A stretch of 64,000 bases of DNA from an uncultured bacterium (GTDB taxonomy: Bacteria > Zixibacteria > MSB-5A5 > UBA10806): the NCBI GenBank assembly GCA_965541585.1, contig CBEUCH010000013.1:1-64000 (forward strand), written 5' to 3'. A program made the position numbers and the translations under genes. Of the stretch, positions 1 through 10,084 are shown piece by piece. The notes beneath the pieces are model-generated. The model had not been told where the DNA came from, did no database searches, and saw only the letters and a program-made list of their open reading frames with translations. How positions within the stretch are numbered: position 1 is the stretch's first letter; every line of letters starts with the position of its first letter.

Positions 1-211
1 GGGCGCTCGTCAGAAAAATGTTTTTGTCCACAATCGTCGGGCTTTCCCAGTACTCCCCCCGCGCCACCAGCACCGTATCGCCGTTCTGGGCGGCGTCTAT
101 GCCCTCCTGTATGGTGGGGTAGTCTCCGGGGATGTTTATGATGACAGCAGAGGCAACAGGGGCAATCGTCATGACAGCGAATATCAGTATAAACCTTGTT
201 ACATTCTTCAT
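1..211 (-). CDS. 5' part of a secreted beta-helix-type protein, paralog of 222..1652 (runs off window start)
   Basis: Manual translation from ATG 211: MKNVTRFILIFAVMTIAPVASAVIINIPGDYPTIQEGIDAAQNGDTVLVARGEYWESPTI... Signal peptide plus the same N-terminal cap as the upstream paralog. Confidence 0.85.
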   Translation of the reverse strand, partial: MKNVTRFILIFAVMTIAPVASAVIINIPGDYPTIQEGIDAAQNGDTVLVARGEYWESPTIVDKNIFLTSA

Positions 212-221
212 ACCAAAAGCC

Positions 222-1652
222 CTACTTAATCATGATCATCGCCTTGGATTCTCGGTATTCATTTACATATAATTCATAGAAGTAGATCCCCGTTGCCACG
301 TGTTGCCCGCTCTTATCCCCGCCGTCCCAGATATATCTGTATTCTCCCGCCTGCTGCACCTCTTTGTTGACGATTGACTTGACAAAATGACCGGTTATAG
401 AAAATATCATCAGACTGACAGAGCTGCTTTCAGACAAAGTGTATGATATAATGGTTTGCGCGTTGAACGGATTGGGATAATTCTGATGGAGTTGAAACTG
501 ATAAGGCCCGGACGGCTCCCCCAGATCTTCAATACCAACCGCTTGATCGAAATAGTAGGCGCCGATATCGGCCCTGCTGCCATCTGGATCTAAAGGGAAA
601 TCCGGGTCACCTGCATCTATACAAGGGGAATTTGGCAACAGGTGGTAATCCCCGGAGAACCTGTCCACAAAAAGAGGATCTTCCTGAATATCGTGGGGCC
701 CCGGCTCCATCTCGATGTAATCTCCGCCTCCGTTGCCGAAAACGAGGTTATAATCCCAGACTCCTTCAACTGAATCCGGAATGGTACCGTGGACCCCGCC
801 ACCGTATGGATTAAATGCAATGATATTATTCTTGTAGAACACGTCCTCGTCGGCCGGCCCCACGCCAAAAATAATGCCTCCACCAAGGCCATGATATGGA
901 CCTCTGCGAGCTGAATTTCCCACTATAGTGTTATTGTAGACATGAGTATGTGAAGCGGGGTACTTTAGTATCCCTCCACCTCTCGGGTCGCATAAGTCTC
1001 TGTAAGTCTCGTTATCAATGATTAAGTTGTATCTTATAGTTCCCTCCGAAGTCATGCGTATCGCGCCAGCATCACCCCGCTCGCAGATAGAGAATCCAGC
1101 GCTGTTATTCGAAATAATATTTTGCTCGATAACGTTACCGATTGAAGCTGAGATGGCACCGGCCATATCAAGAGCGAAATTATTTCTTATGATATTAGCT
1201 CTTATGATAGCTGCGCTGGAAGGCCCGCATCTGATACCCGCTCCCACTATGGTTGCATTATCCTCAATGATATTGCCCACTATAATCGGCGCAGCATATC
1301 GCGTTCTTATAAGAGAGTAGACATTTTCCCATGGATCGTCTATATCCATTCTAATCCTGAATCCTCGTAATACACAAGTGGAATCAATGGAGTCCCCCTC
1401 GATCAAAAGGTGTCCCAATATTGTGGTGGCCTCAGGCCCTTCGGAGCTTCCCAGAAGGATATTCTTATCTTCAATTATCGGGTTTTCAACATACAGCCCC
1501 GGGGCCACCAGCACGGTATCGCCGTTTTGAGCCGCATCTATTCCTTCCTGTATGGTGGGGTAGTCTCCGGGGATGTTTATGATGACAGCAGAGGCAACGG
1601 GAGCCAAGAAAACCAACGCTGCAATCGATATTATCACATATATAGCTTTCAT
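222..1652 (-). CDS. Secreted right-handed beta-helix protein with T9SS-type/FlgD-Ig CTD
   Basis: Start reassigned to MKAIYVII (signal peptide). IPGDYPTIQEGID cap, NxIxxN/GGI repeats, SPCIDAG...DIGAY motif, QNYPNPFN...KAMIMIK tail. Confidence 0.85.
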   Translation of the reverse strand: MKAIYVIISIAALVFLAPVASAVIINIPGDYPTIQEGIDAAQNGDTVLVAPGLYVENPIIEDKNILLGSSEGPEATTILGHLLIEGDSIDSTCVLRGFRIRMDIDDPWENVYSLIRTRYAAPIIVGNIIEDNATIVGAGIRCGPSSAAIIRANIIRNNFALDMAGAISASIGNVIEQNIISNNSAGFSICERGDAGAIRMTSEGTIRYNLIIDNETYRDLCDPRGGGILKYPASHTHVYNNTIVGNSARRGPYHGLGGGIIFGVGPADEDVFYKNNIIAFNPYGGGVHGTIPDSVEGVWDYNLVFGNGGGDYIEMEPGPHDIQEDPLFVDRFSGDYHLLPNSPCIDAGDPDFPLDPDGSRADIGAYYFDQAVGIEDLGEPSGPYQFQLHQNYPNPFNAQTIISYTLSESSSVSLMIFSITGHFVKSIVNKEVQQAGEYRYIWDGGDKSGQHVATGIYFYELYVNEYRESKAMIMIK

Positions 1653-1808
1653 TGTCAACTCAGCGCAAATCGCTTTTACATCAAAGAAGATAATAACAAC
1701 TGTTCTAATTGTCAAGAATATTTTACCATCATAGGCCTTTCATTTTAGACCATCATTTTTTATACCTTACGTCTATATCGTGGCTTATATTTTCCTGAGG
1801 AGATAAAG

Positions 1809-2321
1809 ATGCCTGAGAAGATCAAAATCGAAGTTACGTTAACCAGATCTGAGATCGCGCGATATAATTTTTACCATATCAGGTGGCTTTTGATATTGGA
1901 TTTACTGGGATTGATCGGACTTCTCATAATAACCTATGCCTCCATGTTTCATCCTGAACCGCAAACCAGAGATTTATTCGGCTCGCTTGTCGTCTGGGCG
2001 GTTCTGATCCTGGCCGTCGGGCTGTCCCAGCCATTTATATTGCTTTTGCAGATATTCGTTCTGAAAAACCCGGCCATGATGTCGCAAACCGCCAGAAGAG
2101 TTTATACGTTTTCCGATGACGGTATTCGCATTAGCTCCGGCGACCGGCTGGCCACCACTCCCTGGCCCAAGGTTACTGCGCTGAAAGATATCGGGCGGCT
2201 GATCCTGATCTTCACCGGCGCCAAGCTGGCGTATGTGATCCCTAAAAGGTGCTTTTCCTCTGATGATCAGAGGAAAACGTTCATAGGCTTTTTGCTGGAG
2301 AAGATTAAAAAGACCGAATAA
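1809..2321 (+). CDS. YcxB-like membrane protein
   Basis: Two TM helices followed by YTFSDDGI...W..V...IPKRCF, typical of the YcxB family. Confidence 0.7.
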   Translation: MPEKIKIEVTLTRSEIARYNFYHIRWLLILDLLGLIGLLIITYASMFHPEPQTRDLFGSLVVWAVLILAVGLSQPFILLLQIFVLKNPAMMSQTARRVYTFSDDGIRISSGDRLATTPWPKVTALKDIGRLILIFTGAKLAYVIPKRCFSSDDQRKTFIGFLLEKIKKTE

Positions 2322-2353
2322 AAAAACCCGGCCTTATGAGAGACCGGGCTTTT
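2320..2353. terminator. Bidirectional intrinsic terminator
   Basis: A-run + CCCGG...CCGGG stem + T-run between convergent genes. Confidence 0.7.
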
Positions 2354-2371
2354 AGCATCTTTTAGTCTGCC

Positions 2372-2923
2372 TTATTTCATGAAGGAATAGGTCAAGCCAC
2401 CAAAAATGCCGAGATAGTCAGGATCGACCATCGTATATCTACCCTCGGCAAAGAAGTTGACTACCGGCGAGACCGGGACTTTGAAGCCACCAAAAGCGTG
2501 GCCCCCAAACTTGTTATCGGTTACGGACAGAGAACCGAGTATCGTTTCGCTTTCAACCTTCAACATGTGGAGACCGGCACCGGCGCCAAGGTAAGGATGA
2601 ACGACTTCAGAGATGGCGCTGAACTCATACTTACCGGAGATACCGACACTTATATCGGAGAATGTCCAATCCCAGGTAGTCCCCAGAAAATCTTCTGAGT
2701 AGCTCTTGCTCCAGTAGTTGCCTTCAAGGGCAAAACTGAAATTCGGGATATTGGCAAAGCCAAAGCCGACTTCCGCGCCAAAGCCAACGGTGGCATCGAT
2801 GGGATCCTCGGGTGCAACATAGCCAGCTCGAATCCCTCCATGAGTTACATTAAACCCGCCCGCCGAAGCCACTAACGCGGTAACGGCGACGAAGGCTAAC
2901 GTTGAGATCAAGATCCTTCTCAT
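2372..2923 (-). CDS. Outer-membrane beta-barrel protein (OmpW/OmpA-TM-like)
   Basis: Signal peptide, HPYLGAGAG and FAEGRY motifs, aromatic C-terminal strand; SD AAGGAGG. Confidence 0.8.
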   Translation of the reverse strand: MRRILISTLAFVAVTALVASAGGFNVTHGGIRAGYVAPEDPIDATVGFGAEVGFGFANIPNFSFALEGNYWSKSYSEDFLGTTWDWTFSDISVGISGKYEFSAISEVVHPYLGAGAGLHMLKVESETILGSLSVTDNKFGGHAFGGFKVPVSPVVNFFAEGRYTMVDPDYLGIFGGLTYSFMK

Positions 2924-2959
2924 TGTACTCCCTCCTTTAAATAGATGGTTTCTGGTTAT

Positions 2960-2986
2960 ATATCGGCTGACTATACCAGGGGTTTA
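2960..2986 (-). promoter_or_regulatory. Putative sigma28 (FliA/WhiG)-type promoter
   Basis: Minus strand TAAA-N15-GCCGATAT, about 37 nt upstream of the OMP start codon. Confidence 0.5.
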
Positions 2987-3015
2987 AAAAAAAGATCGCC
3001 CGGGGGAGGCGATCT
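2986..3015 (-). terminator. Intrinsic terminator after 3044..3631
   Basis: AGATCGCC...GGCGATCT stem followed by a T-run on the minus strand. Confidence 0.7.
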
Positions 3016-3043
3016 AAGTTATTTCGGGATTGGGGGTTCCGGG

Positions 3044-3631
3044 TTAAAATCTATATCTGATCCCCAGGTAACTCTGGACTATGTCCCTATCGAACGTCTT
3101 ACTTCTCTTATTGAGAATGATATATCGTCCCTCGATAAAAGTAGAAACGCTCTGGTTTAAGTCGGCCTCGATTCCCAGGCCTCCGGCCATCATTAATAAG
3201 GAATGAAGATGCTGCGATCGAAGCTGCAACCCTTGTATATCGGTGGTTTCCTGCTTTTTCAGCTCCAGGAAATATGCTCCGACGCCTCCTATAATATATG
3301 GAGAGAACCTTGAGGATAGATTGAGCATTCTAAATTTCTCGTATGCTCCGACCCCCAGCCCCGCATAGTGATGTTCCACTTCACCGAGATTATCGCCGGA
3401 AGCGTCGAAATCATACGTAACTCTCCAGGTGTCCAACTCTAACTGAGTTGTGAACCTCGAATCGGGGTTGCCAAAAGAGGCTATGATTCCCAGGCCGAAT
3501 GTATTGGAATAAGTCTCTCCCGGTATGACGGCTGTGCCTTTTAGTCCCAAGCCAAAATGCCAGTAATCGGCTGCAGGCGATGATGTCGCCGTGACAAATA
3601 GAATCGCAATTATGCCGACAAGATTTCTCAT
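3044..3631 (-). CDS. Outer-membrane beta-barrel protein
   Basis: Signal peptide, SPYIIGGVG, FIEGRY, C-terminal GIRYRF. Confidence 0.8.
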   Translation of the reverse strand: MRNLVGIIAILFVTATSSPAADYWHFGLGLKGTAVIPGETYSNTFGLGIIASFGNPDSRFTTQLELDTWRVTYDFDASGDNLGEVEHHYAGLGVGAYEKFRMLNLSSRFSPYIIGGVGAYFLELKKQETTDIQGLQLRSQHLHSLLMMAGGLGIEADLNQSVSTFIEGRYIILNKRSKTFDRDIVQSYLGIRYRF

Positions 3632-3857
3632 TGATACTCTCCTTTTGCAGCAATAGATCCCATCTCAACGGCCCTTAATATAAACTATCCCGGCCGAAAG
3701 GGCAAGACGCTAAGTGCTACTTTTCTTAAAAATTTTCGGGCCCTGCTCGGGTGAGGATATTAGCCGTATGTCTCATAAGATGAGGATCTTAACTGTAAAA
3801 CTGTTCCGCGTATTGCCGTCAACCGATGCTCTCAGGAATTGTGCTTTGAAACTGATT

Positions 3858-4589
3858 CTATTTTCGAGTCAGTTTATCTATTCCGAGCAGCTTCTTGAAA
3901 AAAAGCTTCCAGACGCCGAAAACGGCCTCGAACACGATCTTTTTGTTCATTTTGGAACTGCCGGCTCGCCGTTCGACAAATAGAATTGGAATCTCTTTTA
4001 TCCTGAATCCGCCCCGCCAAACATAGAAGTCCATCTCGATCTGAAAGCCGTATCCGTTGGATTTGATCCGGCTCAAATCGAGCCATTCCAGCACCTCACG
4101 TCGGAAACATTTGAATCCGCTGGTCGGATCTTTGACCGGCATGCCGGTAATCACCCTGACATAAATGGAGGCGTAATACGAGAGCAGAAGCCTCATTATA
4201 GGCCAGTTGACAATAGAGATCCCATTTAGATACCGCGATCCGATAACCAGGTCGCTGTCCTTTATCGCTTCCTTGAATTTCTTGAGATATTCCGGATCGT
4301 GAGAAAAGTCGGCGTCCATCTCCATCATATAACCGATCCGGGGCTGTTTGAGCCCGTAGGTGAAGCCGTCCACGTAGGCGGTTCCCAGACCCATTTTGCC
4401 CGGTCTCTTTAAAAGATGGATCCTCGGATTGTCTTTTTTTAAGCCCTCAACGATTCCTGCGGTGCCGTCAGGAGAATTATCATCTATTATAAGGACCTCG
4501 AAATCGTCCCCCTGCGCCAAAACTGCCGCGATGATCTTTTCGACATTTTCCTTCTCATTAAATGTGGGGATGCAAACCAGTATATTCAT
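3858..4589 (-). CDS. Polyprenol monophosphomannose synthase (GT2, DPM1-like)
   Basis: Start at MNILVCIPTFNE, with ATGA overlap on the upstream gene. DDNSPDGT, GLGTAY, EMDADFSH, GSRY motifs. Confidence 0.9.
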   Translation of the reverse strand: MNILVCIPTFNEKENVEKIIAAVLAQGDDFEVLIIDDNSPDGTAGIVEGLKKDNPRIHLLKRPGKMGLGTAYVDGFTYGLKQPRIGYMMEMDADFSHDPEYLKKFKEAIKDSDLVIGSRYLNGISIVNWPIMRLLLSYYASIYVRVITGMPVKDPTSGFKCFRREVLEWLDLSRIKSNGYGFQIEMDFYVWRGGFRIKEIPILFVERRAGSSKMNKKIVFEAVFGVWKLFFKKLLGIDKLTRK

Positions 4590-5566
4590 CTTTGCCTCGC
4601 CGACAATAAATAGCCTATCCCGCCCAGCGCCAGAAGGCTCCAGTAGCTGATTATACGATCCATAATGGTTAAGGCACCCGCCATATCCGATGATATCCCG
4701 GTGGAGGCCAGAATCTTCAACATCAAAATCTCGACTAAGCCCAACCCGGCGGGCGATATCGGAACCGCCATGAGGATCAACGAGGCCTGCGATATAAACA
4801 GGGCCATCAGAAAACCGGCGTTGACCCCGAATGCCAGGAAGACGAAATATAACCTCAGCGCCTCGCTCAACCAGATCATCAGAGTCATCAGGACGATTAT
4901 TGGCAGGTGCGAGGGCGATCTGAAAAGGCCTGAGAGGAACAGTTCCATCCGGGGCTTCCATCGTTCAGGCGCAAACCGTAAGAGATGTGGAATGCCGCCG
5001 ATCAAAGCGACGAAAAACACCAAAACCAGCAACACCGCCATAAAACCGAAAATCAGATAATCTCCTTCACTCGACCCCTGCACTATAGACCAGAAATAGA
5101 TTCCCGAAAAAGCCACCAGAACCGCAGTAATTACAAGATCGAACACCCGCTCCGAAAACAGAACCCCCAGGGAGAGGGAAATCGAAACGCCCTTATTCTT
5201 TTTCAACAGGTAGGCCCGGTATAGATCGCCGATCCTGGCCGGCAAGAGCGCATTGGCAAACCACGACAAAAAGTAATAATGGGTCAGCGGCCGATAACTT
5301 ATGGTATGCCCTGCCGGTTTGAGAAATATGCCCCAGCGTCCGCCTCGCAACGGTAGCGAGATATAATAGACCGCAAAGGCCATCAGAAAGAAATGCCATC
5401 TGGCGTGGGGTATGGATGAAAGAGCCGTCTTGAGATCGAAGTTCTTCAAAAAAAGATAGATTATTGCCGCTGCAACGGCAAAACCGACTAAAGTTCGCCA
5501 TCTGAACAGATTTTCTCTTAATCCGACAGGCTTGCCGTCGACAGACTGCTGCAATCGGCTCTCCAT
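4586..5566 (-). CDS. Flippase-like protein (lysylphosphatidylglycerol synthase TM / UPF0104 family)
   Basis: RGGRW, NALLPARIGDLYR, ERVFD and PAGLGLVE motifs; multiple TM helices. Confidence 0.85.
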   Translation of the reverse strand: MESRLQQSVDGKPVGLRENLFRWRTLVGFAVAAAIIYLFLKNFDLKTALSSIPHARWHFFLMAFAVYYISLPLRGGRWGIFLKPAGHTISYRPLTHYYFLSWFANALLPARIGDLYRAYLLKKNKGVSISLSLGVLFSERVFDLVITAVLVAFSGIYFWSIVQGSSEGDYLIFGFMAVLLVLVFFVALIGGIPHLLRFAPERWKPRMELFLSGLFRSPSHLPIIVLMTLMIWLSEALRLYFVFLAFGVNAGFLMALFISQASLILMAVPISPAGLGLVEILMLKILASTGISSDMAGALTIMDRIISYWSLLALGGIGYLLSARQR

Positions 5567-5631
5567 CCGGGGCGCAATATATGACCTGGACAACCCGTTG
5601 GCAAATCTTATGATAATTCGATATTATTAGC

Positions 5632-5660
5632 TTGACAACGGTTATGAGTATTGTTATCAT
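5632..5660 (+). promoter_or_regulatory. Sigma70 promoter with overlapping Fur-like box
   Basis: TTGACA-N17-TATCAT. TGAGTAT-T-GTTATCA (5645-5659) resembles the 7-1-7 TGATAAT-N-ATTATCA box. Confidence 0.6.
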
Positions 5661-5711
5661 TTTCGGATCTCGAAGCCTGGTGATTTCTAAAATTGACGAT
5701 GGAGGGTCTCA

Positions 5712-6434
5712 ATGAAAAGCTACAATATACCGGTATTAACGGTTTTTCTGATCGTATTCATGACAGTACCTGATTGTGTAGCCGACTGGCGCTCGTATGT
5801 CTGGACATATGAATATCAGACGGTCGACAGGGGCGATGCCGAACTCGAAAGCTATTTTACTCTCTCCACCCCCGAAATTGACCGCATGAAGGGAATTACC
5901 ACCACCGATTTTCAGCTTGAGCTGGAGGTCGGCATGACGGAGCGTTACGATTTTTCGATCTATCAGATCTTCGAACAGGCTCCGGAAGGCTCCTTGAGAT
6001 ATAAAGGGTATAAGCTCAGATCGAGATATCGTATCGGGGAGAAGGGAAGATATCCTCTGGACCCATTGGTATATGTAGAGTATAAGGGAAAACCCGATTT
6101 TTCCGAGCACGGGATCGAACTCAAGTTGATACTGGCTAAAGATATTGGTGCTACAAACATCTCATTAAACCCGATTCTGGAATTCGAAGGCGATGGCGAT
6201 TGGGAGGTTGAGCCCGAATATGCCGTGGGAATAACACGCAGGATCAGCGATCTCTTAAAGGTCGGACTGGAGGCTAAAGGAGGGGAATCCGGCCATTATA
6301 TAGGACCTGTCATTTCCCACGGTAGAGGCGATTTATGGGTTTCCCTGGGATCAGCCATCAAGCTCGGAGATATTGATGAGGGGAAACCGGAATTCCAGAT
6401 TCGCATGTTGATGGCGGTCGGCTTTTTCGAATGA
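5712..6434 (+). CDS. Putative outer-membrane beta-barrel protein
   Basis: Signal peptide, alternating beta-strand pattern, Phe near the C-terminus; SD GGAGG. Confidence 0.6.
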   Translation: MKSYNIPVLTVFLIVFMTVPDCVADWRSYVWTYEYQTVDRGDAELESYFTLSTPEIDRMKGITTTDFQLELEVGMTERYDFSIYQIFEQAPEGSLRYKGYKLRSRYRIGEKGRYPLDPLVYVEYKGKPDFSEHGIELKLILAKDIGATNISLNPILEFEGDGDWEVEPEYAVGITRRISDLLKVGLEAKGGESGHYIGPVISHGRGDLWVSLGSAIKLGDIDEGKPEFQIRMLMAVGFFE

Positions 6435-6616
6435 CGAGACGCTTGACTCTTTACGGCAGATGCTCAATGGCGTCTGCCGACGGCAGGGGATAGAGGCTGG
6501 ATACGTGGAATAGCTGAAGAGGAGCGGTAAGTTCCTATATATTATCATTCTGCTTGACCCATCCCCCACATCAGATATATTATTTTATTCTTGGGCAATA
6601 GATTAGGTTAAGGTGC

Positions 6617-9600
6617 ATGATAAAGGCAAATCAAGAGGGCTTGTTCCCGGAAGATAACGCTGCCCGACATGGCGTTGGGCGAAAGCACCAAAATCTTTTT
6701 CTGCCAAAGCTTCTTGAAAGAGAAGCTTATAATTTCAGGATAAACGAAGAAGCGCAAGAAAAGGCATATGAGATAATCTTAAGATGGGCTGACTTAGAAC
6801 TATCCGGAAAACTGGAGGAGAAAAAAGAAACAGCTATTGAAGCGGAATTTATAACCGAAATATTTGGAGAAGCGCTTGGATATACACTATTTTCAGAGAA
6901 TAAAAAACATTGGAATCTGGAACATAAGTTTTCAGTAAACGGCGGCGAAGCCGACGCCGCCCTTGGCGATTTCGAGCATAAGCAAAAGCGCCTGCCCATA
7001 GCTCTAATTGAGCTGAAAGGCCCCAAGGCAAATCTCGATAAAGATCGCTTTAACGGTCGCACGGCGATTCAACAATGCTGGGATTATATTTACGCCATCC
7101 CCGAATGCCCCTGGGGGATAGTCTCGAATTATGTCAGTTTTCGCTTATACCACAGGGATAAAACACCCAAATCATATCAGCAGTTTGTACTTCAAGATTT
7201 AATAGATAAGAATAGATTTCGAGAATTCTATTATTTGTTTTCTATCGGCGGCTTACTTCCTGAAACGAAAGCGAAGCGGCCGCGGGCCCAAATCCTTCTG
7301 GAAAGAACCGGCGAACAGCAGCTGAAAGTGGGTGCGGAATTATATGAACACTACCGCGACAATCGCTTGCGATTAATCGATCATTTAACCAAAAAGCCCC
7401 ACAAGAAGCCATTAGAAATTGCTATAAGAATAGCCCAAAAAATAATAGATAGGATTATTTTTGTGGCGTTTTGCGAAGATAGGGGACTATTACCTGCAAA
7501 TTCAATTAGTATGGCTTTCAGCCAATTGCCGCCATTTGCGCAAGTTACAAATCCTAAATGGAAGAACTTTCTGGATTTATTTAAGAGTATAGACAAGGGC
7601 AATAAGAAAAGAGGCATACCTCCCTATAACGGTGGCTTATTCCAAAGAGATGATGATGTAGATGGCCTGGAGCTTGACGATAGCTGGACGAATTTTTTCC
7701 ATAGCGTCGGCAACTACGATTTTCGCCACGAGGTAAATGAAGACGTATTAGGCCATTTATTTGAAAAATCTGTAAACGATATCGAGGAAATTCGAGCAAA
7801 AGGACCTTCAATCCTTCAGCCGGAAGTCATAGCTGCACCCAGAATGGCTAAATCCGCCAAAAGAAAGCGGACAGGCATATTTTATACCCCGGTTGAATTT
7901 ACCGATTTCATAACGAAAAACGTCGTTGAGAGATTGATTAATAATCGGTTTTCGGATATCGCCAAGAATCATGGCATTGACGAAAAAGAACTTATAACGT
8001 CAAGGCCGGACTCAAAAAGATCGAAATTCTGGCGGGCCTGTCTTGATGAATTGCGGCAGATAAAAATCGTTGATCCTGCGTGTGGAAGCGGAGCTTTTTT
8101 AATAAAAGCCTATGATATTCTGGAAACGAAATACCAGGAAGTCATCAGCAATATTCAATTCCATGAACAAAAAGAAGATAAGGATCTTTTTGATAGAATT
8201 CCCGAATTTATTCTCAAGGAAAATCTTTACGGGGTTGATTTATCGCAGGAGGCAGTGGAGATTACGCAGCTTGCCCTCTGGATTCGATCGGCGGAGGAAG
8301 GAAAATCTCTCGCCGATTTATCGGAAAATATTATATGCGGCAATAGCCTTATTCAGGATATTGATGTAGATCCTCTGGCTATGAATTGGGAAGAAAGATT
8401 TAGAGATGCATTCGAGAGGGACAATAGAGGTTTTGATTGCGTTATAGGCAATCCTCCATGGGAGCGAATTAAACTGCAAGAGAGGGAATTCTTCGATACT
8501 GTAGAATCGCAAATAGCTGCTTCAGTCAGCGCCGCCACCCGTCGAAAGCTGATTAAAAAATTAGAGCGGAATAATCCCAAGCTTCATAGCCGTTATCTTG
8601 CTGCCAAAAAATCGGCTGACATAACGTTAGATTATGTAAGGAGTTCAAATGAATATCCATTAACCGGGAAAGGAGATATTAATACATACGCCGTTTTTGC
8701 TGAGCTTGCGAGCAACATTGTATGTTCTGAAGGAATCGTTGGAATATTAGTGCCTTCGGGCATTGCGACGGATCATACTACAAGATCTTTCTTTTCGCAT
8801 ATCATAGATAATAAACTCCTGATAAGTTTATACGATTTTGAAAATAAAGCCCCCGTATTCCCTGATGTACACCGTTCATATAAATTTTGCATTTTTATTT
8901 TTGGAGGACTGAATAACAAACACAAAGAGGCTGAATTCGTCTTTTTCAGTCACGTTATAGAAGAGCTCTTTGATAGAAAAAGAAAAATATCTTTAACCCC
9001 TGAGGATTTCAAACTTCTCAATCCCAATACTCACACGTGTCCTATTTTTCGTTCCGGTCGTGACGCGGAAATCACCAAGAATATCTACCGCCATATACCG
9101 GTTTTGGTCGATAGGAATCGAAAGGAAGCTGGCAACCCATGGGGCATTAGTTTTTTCACCATGTTTCATCAAACAAACGATGCGGAGCTCTTTAAAACAG
9201 CGGGAGAATTAGGAGCTGCAAAGTATAAACGCGAGGGACCCAAATGGGTTAAGGGTAAAAGACAATATTTACCTCTTTATGAAGCAAAAATGATTCAGAT
9301 GTATGATCATCGGGCGGCCAGCGTTGTAGTCAAGGATATTAATTGGATGAGACAGGGCCAAACGAGGGCGACGCTTCCGATAGAATATCAAGATCCGAAT
9401 TTCGTAGTAGACCCGAGATGGTGGGTATCCGAAAGCGATGTTTTAAAAAGCGTAAACCAATCGTCTCGTTGCGCTTTTATTTCTTTCAAAGATGTTACAA
9501 GCGCGACAAATACTAGAACAATGATAGCATCGTTCATACCATTTGTAGCTGTAGTCAATTCAGCTCCTTTGATTACTACCGATAACGAGATTGCACCGCG

Positions 9601-10072
9601 AACCATCTGTTGTTTATTAGCTAATTTTAACAGTTTTGTGTTAGACTACATCGCCAGGCAAAAGGTAGGCGGTGTGCATTTAAATTATTTTATTATTGAA
9701 CAACTACCTATGTTGTCGCTGGATACTTACTCGGATCGGTGTCCTTGGGATCGTCGGAAAACATTAGAAAAATGGATATCCGATCGTGTCTTGAAACTAA
9801 CCTGTAGCAGCAATGATATGATTCCTCTGGCGGAATCGGCTGGTTTCGCTCCGTTGGTTTACAGGTGGAAACCGGATGAGCGTGCCAACCTTATGTCAGA
9901 ATTAGATGCAGCCTACTTTTTGCTATACGGTATTTCTCGTGAAGACCTTGAGTATATTTTATCTACCTTCAGTGGTGTTCAGAAAGAACAGGAAGGTTTT
10001 CTGGAAGCCGGTGGTACTTATGATCTTATTCTCAAATATTACGACCAGTTTAAAGAAAAAATGAACGCATAA
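6617..10072 (+). CDS. Fused restriction endonuclease/N6-adenine methyltransferase (type IIG/IIL, Eco57I-like)
   Basis: N-terminal D...IELK nuclease motif, YNGGLF, FYTP, DPACGSGAF (motif I), GNPPW (motif IV), C-terminal TRD; visibly AT-richer than neighbours. Confidence 0.88.
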   Translation: MIKANQEGLFPEDNAARHGVGRKHQNLFLPKLLEREAYNFRINEEAQEKAYEIILRWADLELSGKLEEKKETAIEAEFITEIFGEALGYTLFSENKKHWNLEHKFSVNGGEADAALGDFEHKQKRLPIALIELKGPKANLDKDRFNGRTAIQQCWDYIYAIPECPWGIVSNYVSFRLYHRDKTPKSYQQFVLQDLIDKNRFREFYYLFSIGGLLPETKAKRPRAQILLERTGEQQLKVGAELYEHYRDNRLRLIDHLTKKPHKKPLEIAIRIAQKIIDRIIFVAFCEDRGLLPANSISMAFSQLPPFAQVTNPKWKNFLDLFKSIDKGNKKRGIPPYNGGLFQRDDDVDGLELDDSWTNFFHSVGNYDFRHEVNEDVLGHLFEKSVNDIEEIRAKGPSILQPEVIAAPRMAKSAKRKRTGIFYTPVEFTDFITKNVVERLINNRFSDIAKNHGIDEKELITSRPDSKRSKFWRACLDELRQIKIVDPACGSGAFLIKAYDILETKYQEVISNIQFHEQKEDKDLFDRIPEFILKENLYGVDLSQEAVEITQLALWIRSAEEGKSLADLSENIICGNSLIQDIDVDPLAMNWEERFRDAFERDNRGFDCVIGNPPWERIKLQEREFFDTVESQIAASVSAATRRKLIKKLERNNPKLHSRYLAAKKSADITLDYVRSSNEYPLTGKGDINTYAVFAELASNIVCSEGIVGILVPSGIATDHTTRSFFSHIIDNKLLISLYDFENKAPVFPDVHRSYKFCIFIFGGLNNKHKEAEFVFFSHVIEELFDRKRKISLTPEDFKLLNPNTHTCPIFRSGRDAEITKNIYRHIPVLVDRNRKEAGNPWGISFFTMFHQTNDAELFKTAGELGAAKYKREGPKWVKGKRQYLPLYEAKMIQMYDHRAASVVVKDINWMRQGQTRATLPIEYQDPNFVVDPRWWVSESDVLKSVNQSSRCAFISFKDVTSATNTRTMIASFIPFVAVVNSAPLITTDNEIAPRTICCLLANFNSFVLDYIARQKVGGVHLNYFIIEQLPMLSLDTYSDRCPWDRRKTLEKWISDRVLKLTCSSNDMIPLAESAGFAPLVYRWKPDERANLMSELDAAYFLLYGISREDLEYILSTFSGVQKEQEGFLEAGGTYDLILKYYDQFKEKMNA

Positions 10073-10084
10073 ATGTAGCTTGCC

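Noticed and set aside
4590..4961. N-terminal extension of the GT2 ORF in the track
   Set aside because: Overlaps the flippase gene in another frame; the real start is the ATGA-coupled ATG at 4589.
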